A DNA stretch of 64,000 bases. It comes from Candidatus Krumholzibacteriia bacterium. GTDB lineage: Bacteria > Krumholzibacteriota > Krumholzibacteriia > Krumholzibacteriales > Krumholzibacteriaceae. Of the stretch, positions 9,728 through 20,489 are shown piece after piece. The stretch's first letter is position 1. Every line of letters starts with the position of its first letter. Where the stretch lies: NCBI GenBank assembly GCA_963836185.1, contig CAWIIQ010000001.1, positions 1,312,001-1,376,000 of the forward strand, given 5' to 3'. Made by a program: the position numbers and the translations under genes. The notes below the pieces were generated by a model. It was not told where the DNA came from. It worked only from the letters and a program-made list of their open reading frames with translations, and made no database searches.

Positions 9728-10996
9728 ATGAAGGTTCTTGTTGTAGGCGGCGGTGGCAGAGAACATACGATAGCCTGGAAGCTGTCGAAATCCCCCCATG
9801 TGGATCAGATATACGCGGCTCCCGGAAACGCGGGAATCGCCGAGATCGGTGAATGTGTTTCCATAGACGCGGCTGACAAAAAGGCGCTGCTCGAATTCGC
9901 TCGGGAGAATAAAGTGGATCTCACCGTCGTGGGGCCCGAGGCTCCTCTGGTCTCGGGAATAGTCGATCTCTTTAACGGCGAGGGCCTGCGTATATTCGGA
10001 TTCGACAGCAAGGGAGCACTTCTCGAGGGCAGCAAGGTCTGGGCGAAGCAGTTCATGGAGAGATACGATGTGCCAACGGGCGGCTTCGCGGTATTCGATA
10101 ATCACTGCGCGGCGCAGAACGCCATTGAAGCGGGAAAACCTCCATTCGTGATCAAGGCTGACGGCCTCGCCGCCGGCAAGGGTGTGCTGATATGCCAGAC
10201 CCTGGAGGAAGCCCGTGACGCGGTCGAGACGGTGATGAAGAAGAAGGAGTTCGGCACAGCCGGAGACAGGATAATATTCGAGGAGTTTCTCGAAGGAACG
10301 GAACTTTCGGTCATAGCCGTATTCGATGGAAAAGATTACAGGCTTCTCGTTCCATCGCAGGATCACAAGAGAGCCTTCGACGGAGATATGGGGCCTAACA
10401 CAGGCGGTATGGGGGCATACGCGCCGGTCCCGGTCCTCGGTCACGCTCTTGAGGAGAAGATAAGGATAGAGATTATAGAGCGTACGCTCAGCGGGATACA
10501 GTCAGAGAGGATCAAGGGAGCTGGTGTGGTCTATTTCGGTCTGATGCTGACACCCACCGGTCCAAGGGTCCTGGAGTACAACTGCAGGTTCGGCGATCCG
10601 GAGACCCAGGTGATCCTTCCACTTCTGAAGACGGACCTGTTCGAGGTCCTCTTCGAGGCGACGGAAAGCAATCTGGAGAGTGTCGATTTCGAGAACAGCG
10701 ATGAGGCATGCGCCTGTGTCGTGATCGCATCCGGAGGGTACCCCGGGAAATACGACAAGGGTAAAGAGATATCGGGTATCGCGGAGGCTGAGGAGGCGGG
10801 ATGTGCCGTCTTCCATGCGGGGACGAAGCTCGATGATGGCAGGATCGTGACTTCGGGAGGACGCGTTCTCGGTGTGACCGCGATCGCGCCTACGCTCAAA
10901 GGGGCCATCGACAAGGCTTATGCAGGCGTTGACAAGATTTCTTTTGAGGGATGTTTCTCCAGGCGCGACATTGCCTGGAGGGCGCTGAAGGAATAG
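9728..10996 (+). CDS. purD: Phosphoribosylamine--glycine ligase
   Basis: GGGGREH, APGNAG, VVGPEAPL, KADGLAAGKGV, QDHKR, GPNTGGMG and EYNCRFGDPE motifs. Confidence 0.97.
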   Translation: MKVLVVGGGGREHTIAWKLSKSPHVDQIYAAPGNAGIAEIGECVSIDAADKKALLEFARENKVDLTVVGPEAPLVSGIVDLFNGEGLRIFGFDSKGALLEGSKVWAKQFMERYDVPTGGFAVFDNHCAAQNAIEAGKPPFVIKADGLAAGKGVLICQTLEEARDAVETVMKKKEFGTAGDRIIFEEFLEGTELSVIAVFDGKDYRLLVPSQDHKRAFDGDMGPNTGGMGAYAPVPVLGHALEEKIRIEIIERTLSGIQSERIKGAGVVYFGLMLTPTGPRVLEYNCRFGDPETQVILPLLKTDLFEVLFEATESNLESVDFENSDEACACVVIASGGYPGKYDKGKEISGIAEAEEAGCAVFHAGTKLDDGRIVTSGGRVLGVTAIAPTLKGAIDKAYAGVDKISFEGCFSRRDIAWRALKE

Positions 10997-11021
10997 TCGG
11001 AACAATCGAAAGGAGAATGAC

Positions 11022-11489
11022 GTGGGCGGAGAACTTCAGGTCGCCGTCATAATGGGGAGCGAATCGGACAGGGAGACGATGGAAGTATGTCTCGCTCAAC
11101 TCGAGAAACTCGGCGTGAAGAGCGAGCTCAAGGTGTCTTCCGCGCACAGGATGCCCGAAGCGACGAAGGCTTACATCGAAGAATCGATCGAGAGGGGAGC
11201 GAAGGTCTTCATCGCCGGCGCCGGCATGTCGGCCGCACTGCCCGGTTTCGTGGCATCGGTAACGACCAGGCCCGTGATCGGAGTTCCGATACCTTCCGGT
11301 CTGCCTGACGGTATGGATGCGCTACTATCGATGGTACAGATGCCTCCCGGGATACCTGTCGCCACGGTCGCCGTGGGGAAGGCCGGCGCGAAGAACGCCG
11401 CCGTGCTCGCGACAGAGATCCTCTCACTCGTCGATGACAGGTTCTCAAAAGAACTCGACAAGATGCGTGACCAATGGAAAAGCCGGTAA
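11022..11489 (+). CDS. purE: N5-carboxyaminoimidazole ribonucleotide mutase
   Basis: MGSESD, SAHR, IAGAGMSAALPG and SMVQMPPGIPVATV motifs. Confidence 0.96.
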   Translation: MGGELQVAVIMGSESDRETMEVCLAQLEKLGVKSELKVSSAHRMPEATKAYIEESIERGAKVFIAGAGMSAALPGFVASVTTRPVIGVPIPSGLPDGMDALLSMVQMPPGIPVATVAVGKAGAKNAAVLATEILSLVDDRFSKELDKMRDQWKSR

Positions 11490-12095
11490 AAGGGTATCTC
11501 GAGGGCCGAAACATCGACAAGGTCGCGGCGATACTGAGGTCGGGCGGCCTGGCGGTGCTTCCGACTGACACGATATACGGATTTCACTGCGTATATTCGA
11601 GCAGGCCTACCATCGAGAGGATAAGAAGGCTCAAGGGGCGTTCGAAGTCCGCGGGATTCATATTGCTCGCTTCATCACTTGAAATGGCCGACATGCTCGT
11701 CAGGAAGATGGCCGGCAGGGGCGAGGGATATCCTCGACACTCTCTGGCCCGCTCCCGTGACCGTGATACTTCCCGCTTCAGGGAAGATCCCGGCGGCGCT
11801 TAGGCCGGACGGGAGGGTGGCGGTCAGGATCCCGGCGATGGATCCCCTTATCTCACTGATCGAGAAGACAGGTGAACCGCTCGTCTCGACGAGCGTCAAC
11901 AGGTCGGGGCAGAACCCCTTGAACAGGATCGGGGAGATCCTGCGAGTCTTCCCCGGTCTGGAAGCATATATATCGAGAAGAGGGCCCGGCAGCCGGATTC
12001 CTTCGACCCTGATAGATCTTTCCGGCAGAGAGCCGCGCATCCTCAGGACTGGAAAGTGCGCGCGCAAGGCGGCCTCGGCCTTCGGCATGGAATAA
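11474..12095 (+). CDS. tsaC: Threonylcarbamoyl-AMP synthase (YrdC/Sua5 short form), frameshifted near 11702
   Basis: PTDTIYG and RLKGR in 11474..11803; WPAPVTVIL, AVRIP, STSVNRSG and PSTLID in the next frame; one extra base joins them. Confidence 0.85.
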
Positions 12096-12112
12096 CCGCG
12101 AGGTGGTACCTG

Positions 12113-12562
12113 ATGAAGAGATCGATCACTTTAATAATCATCCTTGCCGCGATTCTGATCGGCTGTGAGGCCGGCGGCAGAATGAGCAGCGAATACGAGA
12201 CTTCGACGATGGAGGAGATCGGCTCGGCGATGAAGGAACAGGTCGAAAGCTGGAATTCGGGCGAGTTGGCCGGATTCATGAAGTACTACTGGCACTCGGA
12301 GGAGATGACCTTTCACGGAGGCAAGCGAAGGCTGCAGGGCTGGGATACGCTGAACTCGATGTATATTGAGACTTACTCGGGAGAGCAGAGGGGGATCCTC
12401 GAATTCTCAGGCCTCGAGATCACAGTCCTTTCACCCGAATCGGCGTATGTACTCGGCGACTGGAAGGTCGAGCTTCCCGATACCGTCAAACAGGGAAAGT
12501 TTACACTTATCTGGAGAAAGATGGACGTGGGCTGGCGGATCGTGCACGACCACTCATCCTGA
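12113..12562 (+). CDS. NTF2-like (DUF4440/SnoaL-type) lipoprotein
   Basis: Lipobox LIGC; 'SWNSGELAGFMKYY', 'GKFTLIWRK..GWRIVHDHSS'. Confidence 0.8.
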   Translation: MKRSITLIIILAAILIGCEAGGRMSSEYETSTMEEIGSAMKEQVESWNSGELAGFMKYYWHSEEMTFHGGKRRLQGWDTLNSMYIETYSGEQRGILEFSGLEITVLSPESAYVLGDWKVELPDTVKQGKFTLIWRKMDVGWRIVHDHSS

Positions 12563-12575
12563 AAGGGATCACATC

Positions 12576-13676
12576 ATGAGATCGCCTGTGAGAGCATTCC
12601 GGCTGTATTTTATCCTTCTGGCTGCTGTTGTATCGATGGCGGCGTCATGTACGTCGACAGCCCCGGACAGACCGAAGAACGTGATCCTTCTTATAGGCGA
12701 CGGGATGGGAGTCGCCCATCTGACCTACGGCAACCTTGCGGGTGACAGCCTGAACGCAGAGCGGATGCCTGTAGGAGGCCTGGTCAAGACATTCCCGGTC
12801 GGTGCACTCATCACCGATTCCGCGGCGTCAGGAACCGCGATGGCGACCGGACACAAGACGCGGAACGGGATGATCTCAATATCGCCCGAAGGGGATACTC
12901 TGATGACAGTCTTCGAGTATGCCGAAGAAAATGGGATGTCGACCGGCCTTGTGGCGACCAGCTCAATAACGCACGCCACGCCGGCGGTTTTCACTTCGCA
13001 TGTCACAGACCGCGGGATGGAGGCGGAGATAGCACGCCAAATGACCGCAAGCGGCCTGGATCTGATCATCGGCGGTGGGTGGGCCTATTTCGTGCACGCC
13101 GGCATAGAGGGGAGCAGGCGGACGGACGATCTCGACCTGATCGGTGCGCTGAGAGAGAGGATGCCTGTCGTAAGATCGGTTGAAGAGTTGAAGGCTCTCG
13201 ACGGTGCGACAATGGCGGCGGCATTTCTCGCTCCGCACGAGTGTCCCGTGGCAACGGAGAGGCTGTACTCGCTGGCGGATCTGACTTCGAAAGCGATCGA
13301 GATACTGTCGGCTGGCGGCAACGGATTTATTCTCATGGTAGAGGGATCACAGATCGACTGGGCTGCCCATGACAATGATTTCAAAGGGATCTACAACGAG
13401 ATGAAAGATTTCGACGGGGCTGTAGGCGCCGCCCTGGACTTTGCGGAGAAAGACGGCAATACGCTGGTGATCATGACCGCCGATCATGAGACCGGTGGGA
13501 TGGCTCTTCACGATACGCCGGAGCACTCGAGCATGACGGTAAGTCCAAGGTTCACGACGGACGGTCATACGATGGAGATGGTGCCGATCTTCGCCTTCGG
13601 TCCGGGAGCGGGTCCGTTCGGCGGGATCTGTGACAATACCTTCATCGGTTCTACACTTATCGAATATGTAAAATAG
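12576..13676 (+). CDS. Alkaline phosphatase (PhoA-type), probable lipoprotein
   Basis: KNVILLIGDGMG, TDSAASGTA (catalytic Ser), THATPA, MVEGSQIDWAAH and TADHETGG motifs. Confidence 0.93.
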   Translation: MRSPVRAFRLYFILLAAVVSMAASCTSTAPDRPKNVILLIGDGMGVAHLTYGNLAGDSLNAERMPVGGLVKTFPVGALITDSAASGTAMATGHKTRNGMISISPEGDTLMTVFEYAEENGMSTGLVATSSITHATPAVFTSHVTDRGMEAEIARQMTASGLDLIIGGGWAYFVHAGIEGSRRTDDLDLIGALRERMPVVRSVEELKALDGATMAAAFLAPHECPVATERLYSLADLTSKAIEILSAGGNGFILMVEGSQIDWAAHDNDFKGIYNEMKDFDGAVGAALDFAEKDGNTLVIMTADHETGGMALHDTPEHSSMTVSPRFTTDGHTMEMVPIFAFGPGAGPFGGICDNTFIGSTLIEYVK

Positions 13677-13726
13677 AAGGCGATTGGAAGAGGATGTCCA
13701 CCGGTCCCGATTTTTTATATAAAGAA

Positions 13727-13784
13727 GTATGAAATACTTGACATTGTGACTGAATATATATACAATATGTATGAAAACGATTAC
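13727..13784 (+). promoter_or_regulatory. Sigma70-type promoter flanked by a repeated operator-like motif
   Basis: TTGACA(13738)-17 nt-TACAAT(13761); GTATGAAAtacttgAC and GTATGAAAacgattAC overlap the -35 and +1 regions. Confidence 0.65.
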
Positions 13785-13803
13785 TGACCTGAAGGAGGAT
13801 CAA

Positions 13804-14259
13804 ATGATGACGCAGTCGACTTACAGGGCGAGAGGGAAGATAATCATATGGAGCATCGTGCTTGTCGTGTTCATGGCCCTTTTCTTCAGCGGGAGCGGGC
13901 CCGGGGGTTTCGCCCGGGACAAGGGGAGGATCGTCGCCATCGCGGTCCTGTTTGCCGCAGGTTACGGCGCCTTCTTCGCGATGATGGGTCTTTCCAGGAA
14001 AAAGAAGGGCGACACCCTTGTCAGGGACGAGAGAGATGAACGGATCGAGGGCAGGGCCGGAGGGATCACTCTGACAATAGTACTCGTATATGTCTATTTC
14101 CTCGGGATAGCGCTGTGGGCCGTCTTCCAGGATGACGGCAGCGTTCCGGCAGGATGGATGTGGTTTCTCGCGTATTCGACCGTTTTCATCGGTACGATCT
14201 CACACGGGATATTCACGCTTCTGATGGCGGCCGGGAGGCTGAACGATGGCGAAGGCTGA
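13804..14259 (+). CDS. Four-TM membrane protein, DUF2178-like
   Basis: '[12 protein letters not shown]' motif between hydrophobic helices; SD AAGGAGG. Confidence 0.7.
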   Translation: MMTQSTYRARGKIIIWSIVLVVFMALFFSGSGPGGFARDKGRIVAIAVLFAAGYGAFFAMMGLSRKKKGDTLVRDERDERIEGRAGGITLTIVLVYVYFLGIALWAVFQDDGSVPAGWMWFLAYSTVFIGTISHGIFTLLMAAGRLNDGEG

Positions 14260-14476
14260 GATAAAGAACAGCGTAAGGCGGCTTCGGTTCGATAACGGCG
14301 AGATGACACAGCAGGAGCTCGCCGACAGGGCCGGATGCACAAGGCAGACGATCGTCGCCCTCGAGCAGGGAAAGTATGTGCCGTCGCTCTCCCTCGCCTT
14401 CAGGATCGCCGGGGTCTTCGGCCTGAAGATCGAGGATGTCTTCGAGTATAGAAAAGGGAAAAAAAGTGCTGAATGA
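14246..14476 (+). CDS. XRE-family HTH transcriptional regulator
   Basis: [32 protein letters not shown]. Confidence 0.92.
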   Translation: MAKAEIKNSVRRLRFDNGEMTQQELADRAGCTRQTIVALEQGKYVPSLSLAFRIAGVFGLKIEDVFEYRKGKKSAE

Positions 14477-14536
14477 AGCGGCAAAATGTAGTGTACTCGT
14501 AAAGACAGCAGTACTGATCAGGGAAAGGAAAGCTCT

Positions 14537-15989
14537 ATGAAATCAAGATCTATGAAGATCGTACGGATAGCAGCAGCATCGATGTTCGTTGTAATCATCT
14601 TTTCTCTCGCTGCACCCGCGGCCGAGCCAGGTGATATTGTCGGCGACTGGGCCGGGGTCCTCAGGTTCTCGGGAATGGAGATGAGGATCGTCTTTCATTT
14701 TACACTGGGAGAGGCCGGGACGCTGGCCGCCACGATGGACAGTCCCGACCAGGGAGCGGCCGGGATCCCGACGAGCGGAGTCTCGTTCGATGGTGACAGT
14801 CTTGCCGTCGAGGTCGCCGTCTCCCAGGGCGGTTATTACGCGAAATATTATCCCGACAGCCTCTATTTATGACGGCGAATGGAGGCAGGCCGGACTTCGT
14901 GCTTCCGCTGAGGCTCGAGAAGAGCCGGAGAGATAACTCCTCCGGCGAGGCCGCAGGAGCCGGAGTCGTCCGCTCCCGTATGCCGAAGAGGAAGTCACTT
15001 TCGAGAATACAGGGGCCGGGATAAGGCTGGCCGGAACACTGACGATTCCCGAAGGGGAAGGGCCCTTCCCCGCGGTAGTGCTGGTCACTGGGTCAGGCCC
15101 GCAGGACAGGGATGAGACGGTAATGGGGCATAAGCCGTTCCTCGTGCTGTCGGATCATCTGACGAGGAACGGGATAGCTGTGTTGAGGTATGACGACCGG
15201 GGAGTGGGAAGTTCAGAGGGTGACCACGGCGCAGCCACTACGGCTGATTTCGCGACCGACGCGGGCGCGGCGTTTGAATATCTCGCCGCGAGAAAGGAGA
15301 CAGATCCCGCTCTCACCGGAATAGCCGGCCACAGCGAGGGAGGGATAGTCGCCTCGATGGTAGCAGCCGACTCCGATGATATTGGTTTCATAGTCCTGCT
15401 TGCGGGACCCGGGGTGCCGGGATCGCAGATACTCCTTACCCAGAATGTCAAACTTCTTAAACTTCAGGGCGCATCCGACGAGGTGTGCGAAAAATTGACC
15501 GGGCAGCTCAGACGGGAGTACAGCATCCTCGAGAAGGACGGGGATGACGAGGAGATAAAGAAGGAGATCATTACCGTATCGACCGGATTGCTGGAGGAGT
15601 ATACTCCCGAAGAGAGAGAGACGTACGGGTTCACTGAGGCTGTTGTGAGACAGAGGGCTGATATCATGGTTACTCCGTGGTTCAGGTTCTTTGTAAGGTA
15701 CGATCCTTCAACGGCCATTCGCAGGGTCGAATGCCCCGTGCTCGCTGTAATAGGGGAGAAGGATATACAGGTCGATGCCGGGGAAAACCTTCCCGCCATC
15801 GAGAAGGCCCTGAAGGATGGGGAAAACAGTGATTACCTAGTCAGGGAGATGCCGGGATTGAATCATCTGTTCCAGACGGCCGATACAGGGAGCATATCTG
15901 AATATGCCAATATCGAGGAGACGATGTCACCGGCTGCGCTTGACATGATAAGCGGCTGGATACTGTCGCTGAAGCCAGGAGGAAAGTGA
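14537..15989 (+). CDS. Secreted alpha/beta hydrolase with N-terminal beta domain; several frameshifts at about 14865-14970
   Basis: Signal peptide, 'GDWAG', 'MDSPDQGA'; then 'RPQEP..PYAEEEVTF..LAGTLTIP', GSGPQDRDE, GHSEGG (nucleophile), KDIQV and GLNHLFQ. Confidence 0.82.
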
Positions 15990-16666
15990 TGAGTGAGATG
16001 TCCGGACAGAGAGATATGGCCCTTCCGGAGCCTACCGTAGGTGGGAGTTACGGTTACGGGCTGGAAACGTTGAAGAAGTATTTTCTCGAGGTCCTTCTGA
16101 TCACACTTGTGGTATTTGTGCTTGTCTCGCCTTATTACATCGCGAGGGAAGCGGCTGATGAATGGGACTCGGGTTTCTCGCTGATCATTCAGCTCTTCGC
16201 GCTGGGCTTCTGGCTGCTGATCCTCGGACCGGTCGAATGGGGAGCGAATGTCGCTATGCTCAAAGCTGTGCGTGGAGAGAAGCTGGAATTCCTCGAGATA
16301 TTCGCATTCCAGAAGAACTATCTCAATGTCGTACTAGCTCATCTGCTCGTTACGGTGATCATCGGGATAGGATTCCTCTTTCTGATCGTCCCGGGAGTCA
16401 TATTTGCCTGCAGGCTAGCTTTCGTTTCCTACCTCGTGATCGACAGGAAGATGGAAGCGACCGAGGCGATAAGGGAGAGCTGGAGGATGACCGGCGGGCA
16501 CAGTATGACGATATTCCTGATGGCCCTGCTCGCATTCCCGCTGGCGATTGCCGGATTGCTCCTTCTCGGTGTCGGGATCGTCATCGCTGTGATGTGGATA
16601 GATCTTGCCTTCGCGGTGATATATTCTTCCGTGGCGGCGAGGGACATGCCCGCAGAACAGGCCTAG
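15989..16666 (+). CDS. Membrane protein, DUF975/GDPD membrane-domain-like
   Basis: Multiple TM helices; 'LIVPGVIFA..LAFVSYLVID', 'AIRESWRMTGGH'; TGATG overlap with the upstream gene. Confidence 0.75.
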   Translation: MSEMSGQRDMALPEPTVGGSYGYGLETLKKYFLEVLLITLVVFVLVSPYYIAREAADEWDSGFSLIIQLFALGFWLLILGPVEWGANVAMLKAVRGEKLEFLEIFAFQKNYLNVVLAHLLVTVIIGIGFLFLIVPGVIFACRLAFVSYLVIDRKMEATEAIRESWRMTGGHSMTIFLMALLAFPLAIAGLLLLGVGIVIAVMWIDLAFAVIYSSVAARDMPAEQA

Positions 16667-16672
16667 GCCGGC

Positions 16673-18167
16673 ATGTATAGTGCCAGGCAGAGGATCGGGC
16701 TCGCTCTCGGTCCGGCGATATTCATCCTTGTTCTCGTAATGCCTCTGCCGGAGGGGATGAGTCCCGCGGCGAGAAAAGTCGCCGCGGCAGCCGCCCTGAT
16801 GGCGATCTGGTGGATCACCGAGGCCGCTCCGCTGGCAGCCACCGCTCTTCTGCCCCTTGCGCTTTTTCCCGCGATGGGAATCATGAAAGCCTCCGAGGCG
16901 GCCGCTCCTTATGCGAACCACCTGATATTCCTCTTTCTCGGCGGATTCTTCATCGCGGTGACGATGGAGAAGTGGAACCTGCACAAACGTATCGCTCTTT
17001 TCACGATCAGGCTCGTCGGTACGGGGACCGACCGGATAATCCTCGGCTTCATGGTGGCGACAGCCTTCCTCTCGATGTGGATCAGCAACACTGCTACCGC
17101 GATGATGATGGTACCGATAGGCATGGCCGTTATAAAGCAGGTCACCTCGAGTAATTCGTACGGCGCTGAGGATTGTATCGACGGGCCTCACCCCCCGCCC
17201 GGATTCGGTTCGGCCCTGATGCTTTCGGTCGCCTATTCCGCATCGATAGGGGGAGTGGCCACCCTGATAGGGACTCCGCCCAATGTTATCTTCGCGGGAT
17301 TTATCGAGAGCACATTCGGCAGGCCGGTCAGCTTTCTCTCCTGGATGGCGGTGGGCCTGCCGCTTGCCGTCGTGATGCTCCTGTTTACATGGTTCTACCT
17401 GACAAGGTGCGCTTTCCATCTCGGCTCCGGGGAACTTCCGGGCGGGATGGCCTGCATCGAAGAAGAGTCGCGAGGACTCGGGCCGGTGTCATCGGCAGAG
17501 AAGAAGATACTGGCCGTATTCTTCCTCGTCGCCTCAGCGTGGATACTGCGCGGATTCTTTTCTACAGGCGATGATCGCTGATTCGACGATCGCGATAATC
17601 GGTGCGCTGCTGCTCTTCCTTATCCCCGCTGATATGAAAACGGGCGAATTTCTTCTCGACTGGAAAACGGCATCGAAGGTCCCATGGGACGTGATTATTC
17701 TCTTCGGTGGAGGATTGTCCCTTGCAGCGGGATTCAGGATGTCGGGTCTCGACGAATGGATAGGGGGGAGTATAACGGTCCTGCACGGAGTGAACTACAC
17801 GGTGCTGATATCGGCTGTGGCCCTGCTGACGATCTTTCTCACCGAAGTGACGTCGAACACAGCGACATCGGCGATGCTTATACCTATTATATCAGGAGTG
17901 GCGATCTCGATGTCGATACATCCGTACGGTCCGGTAGTAGCTGTATGCATCGCCGCATCGTACGCATTCATGCTTCCTGTCGCGACACCTCCAAACGCCG
18001 TGGTCTTCGGGAGCAGGCAGGTGACGATCACGCAGATGGTCAGGGCGGGCCTTGTCCTGAACATATTCGGATGGCTGCTGATAACCCTTGTTGTGGCCCT
18101 GCTTCTTCCGCTGCTGTGGGGTATAGATCCGGGCGCGCTTCCTTCGTGGATCGATCCGCAGGGTTGA
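16673..18167 (+). CDS. SLC13/DASS-family Na+:dicarboxylate/sulfate symporter, frameshifted near 17570
   Basis: WWITEA, SMWISNTAT, GGVATLIGTPPN; second part PWDVIILFGGG, TEVTSNTAT and FMLPVATPPNAVVF. Confidence 0.88.
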
Positions 18168-18194
18168 GAGCACTGAAAAAAAATACAAATATAA

Positions 18195-18258
18195 TGTAAA
18201 GCGGGCTTGACAAAAGATGAAGGACGGCTATATTTAGTAATGTAAAGCAAGCTTGACA
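18195..18258 (+). promoter_or_regulatory. Sigma70 promoter with two copies of an 18-bp palindromic operator
   Basis: TGTAAAGCggGCTTGACA (18195-18212) and TGTAAAGCaaGCTTGACA (18241-18258); TTGACA 18207 then TATATT 18229. Confidence 0.75.
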
Positions 18259-18289
18259 AATGCCGGGAGGAGAGAAAGGAGCTGGAACT

Positions 18290-18487
18290 ATGACCAGAAA
18301 GGAAAAGATGCTTCTTCCCGCGGGGATGGGGTGCCTCTTCGCAGGATTTATGGTCAAGAGGTTCAGCGGAGAGAGTTACCCGATGATAGCCCTGCAGATC
18401 GCGATGTTCGGGTGTTCGATATTTCTGAACATCAGGCACATACTGAAGCTTCGGTCCGACAGGGCGCGGAATACCGGGGGCCGATAA
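18290..18487 (+). CDS. Small two-TM membrane protein
   Basis: SD AAAGGAG before ATG 18290; two hydrophobic stretches; directly upstream of the XRE gene. Confidence 0.55.
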   Translation: MTRKEKMLLPAGMGCLFAGFMVKRFSGESYPMIALQIAMFGCSIFLNIRHILKLRSDRARNTGGR

Positions 18488-18488
18488 A

Positions 18489-18698
18489 ATGGAAGAGAAG
18501 GTAGCAAACAGGATAAGGGAGTTCAGGAAAAAAGCCGGTCTCACCCAGGAGGATCTGGCGAAAGAGATGAAGGTGTCGCGTCAGACTATAATTTCGATCG
18601 AAAAGGGAAAATACATACCGAGTCTTCAGCTGGCACTGAAGATCTCCGGGTATTTCGGATGCTCGACCGACGAGATGTTCGTTATCAAGGAGGAGTAG
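18489..18698 (+). CDS. XRE-family HTH transcriptional regulator
   Basis: LTQEDLAKEMKVSRQTIISIEKGKYIPSLQLA. Confidence 0.92.
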   Translation: MEEKVANRIREFRKKAGLTQEDLAKEMKVSRQTIISIEKGKYIPSLQLALKISGYFGCSTDEMFVIKEE

Positions 18699-18701
18699 AG
18701 G

Positions 18702-18896
18702 ATGGATGAGAGGTTTATGATACACCAGATGAAATCGATGAAGTTAGCCACGAGAGTGGGAGCGGGGCTCATCGGTGCGCTGCTGCTTTACAGGCTGTAC
18801 GTGGATGGATATTTTGATTGGCAGCTCTTTTCATGCGTCGCGATAATGGCAGTCGTCAAGGTAACGTCGCTGATCTATCTTCGCAGAACGAACTGA
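18702..18896 (+). CDS. Small membrane protein (MDER.. start, DUF2178-like half)
   Basis: SD GGAGGAG; two TM helices; 'MDERF' start. Confidence 0.6.
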   Translation: MDERFMIHQMKSMKLATRVGAGLIGALLLYRLYVDGYFDWQLFSCVAIMAVVKVTSLIYLRRTN

Positions 18897-18978
18897 TGCG
18901 GTTTGTGCATGGAATCATCACAATATATATTGATATGGTAACGGTGAGACCCCGCGCCGATACCTCCGAAAGGGCCTG

Positions 18979-20427
18979 ATGAGATATATACTGCCTGCTT
19001 TGCTCACAGCCGCTGTGGTCCTCTTCTCGGCGGGATGCTCTGATGAGGATCCTGTTTTACATCAATCTGATCCGCCTGTCATAGTCGACCAGGATCTGTG
19101 GTACGTCGACTCGGCAGCGTCGGGGGCGAGGACAGGATCATCCTGGGACAATGCATTTACCCACGTCAAGGAAGCGCTCGACAACGCTTCAGAAGGCGAT
19201 GTGATTTGGGTCGCAGCCGGGACATACGGCTGTCCCGAGCCCGGAGATTCCTCGATCCCTGTTGTGATGATGAAGCAGTACGTCGATATCTACGGAGGAT
19301 TCTCTACCGCTGATACCACCCTTTCCCAGAGGGACCCGGAAGTGAACCGGACGGTCCTCGATGGTGAGAACAGGGCGTGGCATGTCGTCATAGGGGCGGA
19401 TCACGCGAAGCTCGATGGCTTCACCATCCAGTCGGGACATGCGCATGGTATTTACCCGGACAACTGCGGCGGAGGCATGTTCAACGAAGGCGTCTCACCT
19501 GAGGTCATGAACTGCATCTTCACATCGAACGAATCAGGATTCCTCGGTGCGGGGATGGCGAACTTTAATGCCTCTCCCTGTGTGGAGAACTGTATCTTCA
19601 GGATAAACAGCGCGTTTAATAACGGGGCCGGTGTCTATAACGACGGACGGGACGGTTTCGATAGCAGGCCGCAATTCGAATCATGCGTCTTCGGACCTGG
19701 CAACAGCTGCCGTTTCGGCGCCGGGATGTTCAACAGCTGGTGCGAGGTGGAATTAAACGATTGCCTTTTCTACGATAACCTGGCAAATCATAACGGCGGC
19801 GGTCTGTACAACACGAGCTCGAAGGTGCTTGTGAAGAACTGTGTGTTCCGTGAGAACCGCGCGGGTTACGGGGGCGGGATCTACATGAACGGCATCGCCG
19901 CAGAAGATTCCACAAAACTGATGAACTGCCTCATAGAGACGAACACGGCATATGCCAGCGGAGGGGGAGTCTATCTGCTGAAGTCATCCGCGGTCCTTAT
20001 CAACTGCACGATCGTCGAAAATGTCGCTATATATGGGGGAGGGATAAGCTGCTGGGGAAGTGAGGCGGAGTTCACCAATTCCATAGTCTGGGGCAACGTG
20101 GCCCATTACAGCTGGCCGGCTATCGAGATCGGCACTGAAGAAATACCGGAGATAGGATACTGCGACATCGACCAGGCCGGGTACGGGCTGTCGGGCAGCG
20201 GACTGGCCGACGCCGAGGGGAACATCAGTCTCGCTCCGCTGTTTACGTCAGGGCCTCTGGGCGGCTGGTATCTCTCACACATCGTTGCCGGAGAGGCGGA
20301 GGACAGCCCGTGCATCGATGCCGGGAGGCATACTGCCATCAGCGCCTGGCTTATGGAGTACACGACGAGGACGGACGGCGCACCAGACTCAGGCCCCGTC
20401 GATATCGGTTTCCATCACGCACCCTGA
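18979..20427 (+). CDS. Right-handed parallel beta-helix repeat lipoprotein
   Basis: Lipobox SAGC; 'WYVD..ASG..TGSSWDNAF', 'IWVAAGTY', 'IYGGF'; repeated NCxFxxNxAxxGGG; 'SPCIDAG'. Confidence 0.85.
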   Translation: MRYILPALLTAAVVLFSAGCSDEDPVLHQSDPPVIVDQDLWYVDSAASGARTGSSWDNAFTHVKEALDNASEGDVIWVAAGTYGCPEPGDSSIPVVMMKQYVDIYGGFSTADTTLSQRDPEVNRTVLDGENRAWHVVIGADHAKLDGFTIQSGHAHGIYPDNCGGGMFNEGVSPEVMNCIFTSNESGFLGAGMANFNASPCVENCIFRINSAFNNGAGVYNDGRDGFDSRPQFESCVFGPGNSCRFGAGMFNSWCEVELNDCLFYDNLANHNGGGLYNTSSKVLVKNCVFRENRAGYGGGIYMNGIAAEDSTKLMNCLIETNTAYASGGGVYLLKSSAVLINCTIVENVAIYGGGISCWGSEAEFTNSIVWGNVAHYSWPAIEIGTEEIPEIGYCDIDQAGYGLSGSGLADAEGNISLAPLFTSGPLGGWYLSHIVAGEAEDSPCIDAGRHTAISAWLMEYTTRTDGAPDSGPVDIGFHHAP

Positions 20428-20489
20428 TATAGTAGAATAGCTCCAGGAAACACCCCTGAATTTAAATCCCCCTGGAACTGGAGGTTTCG

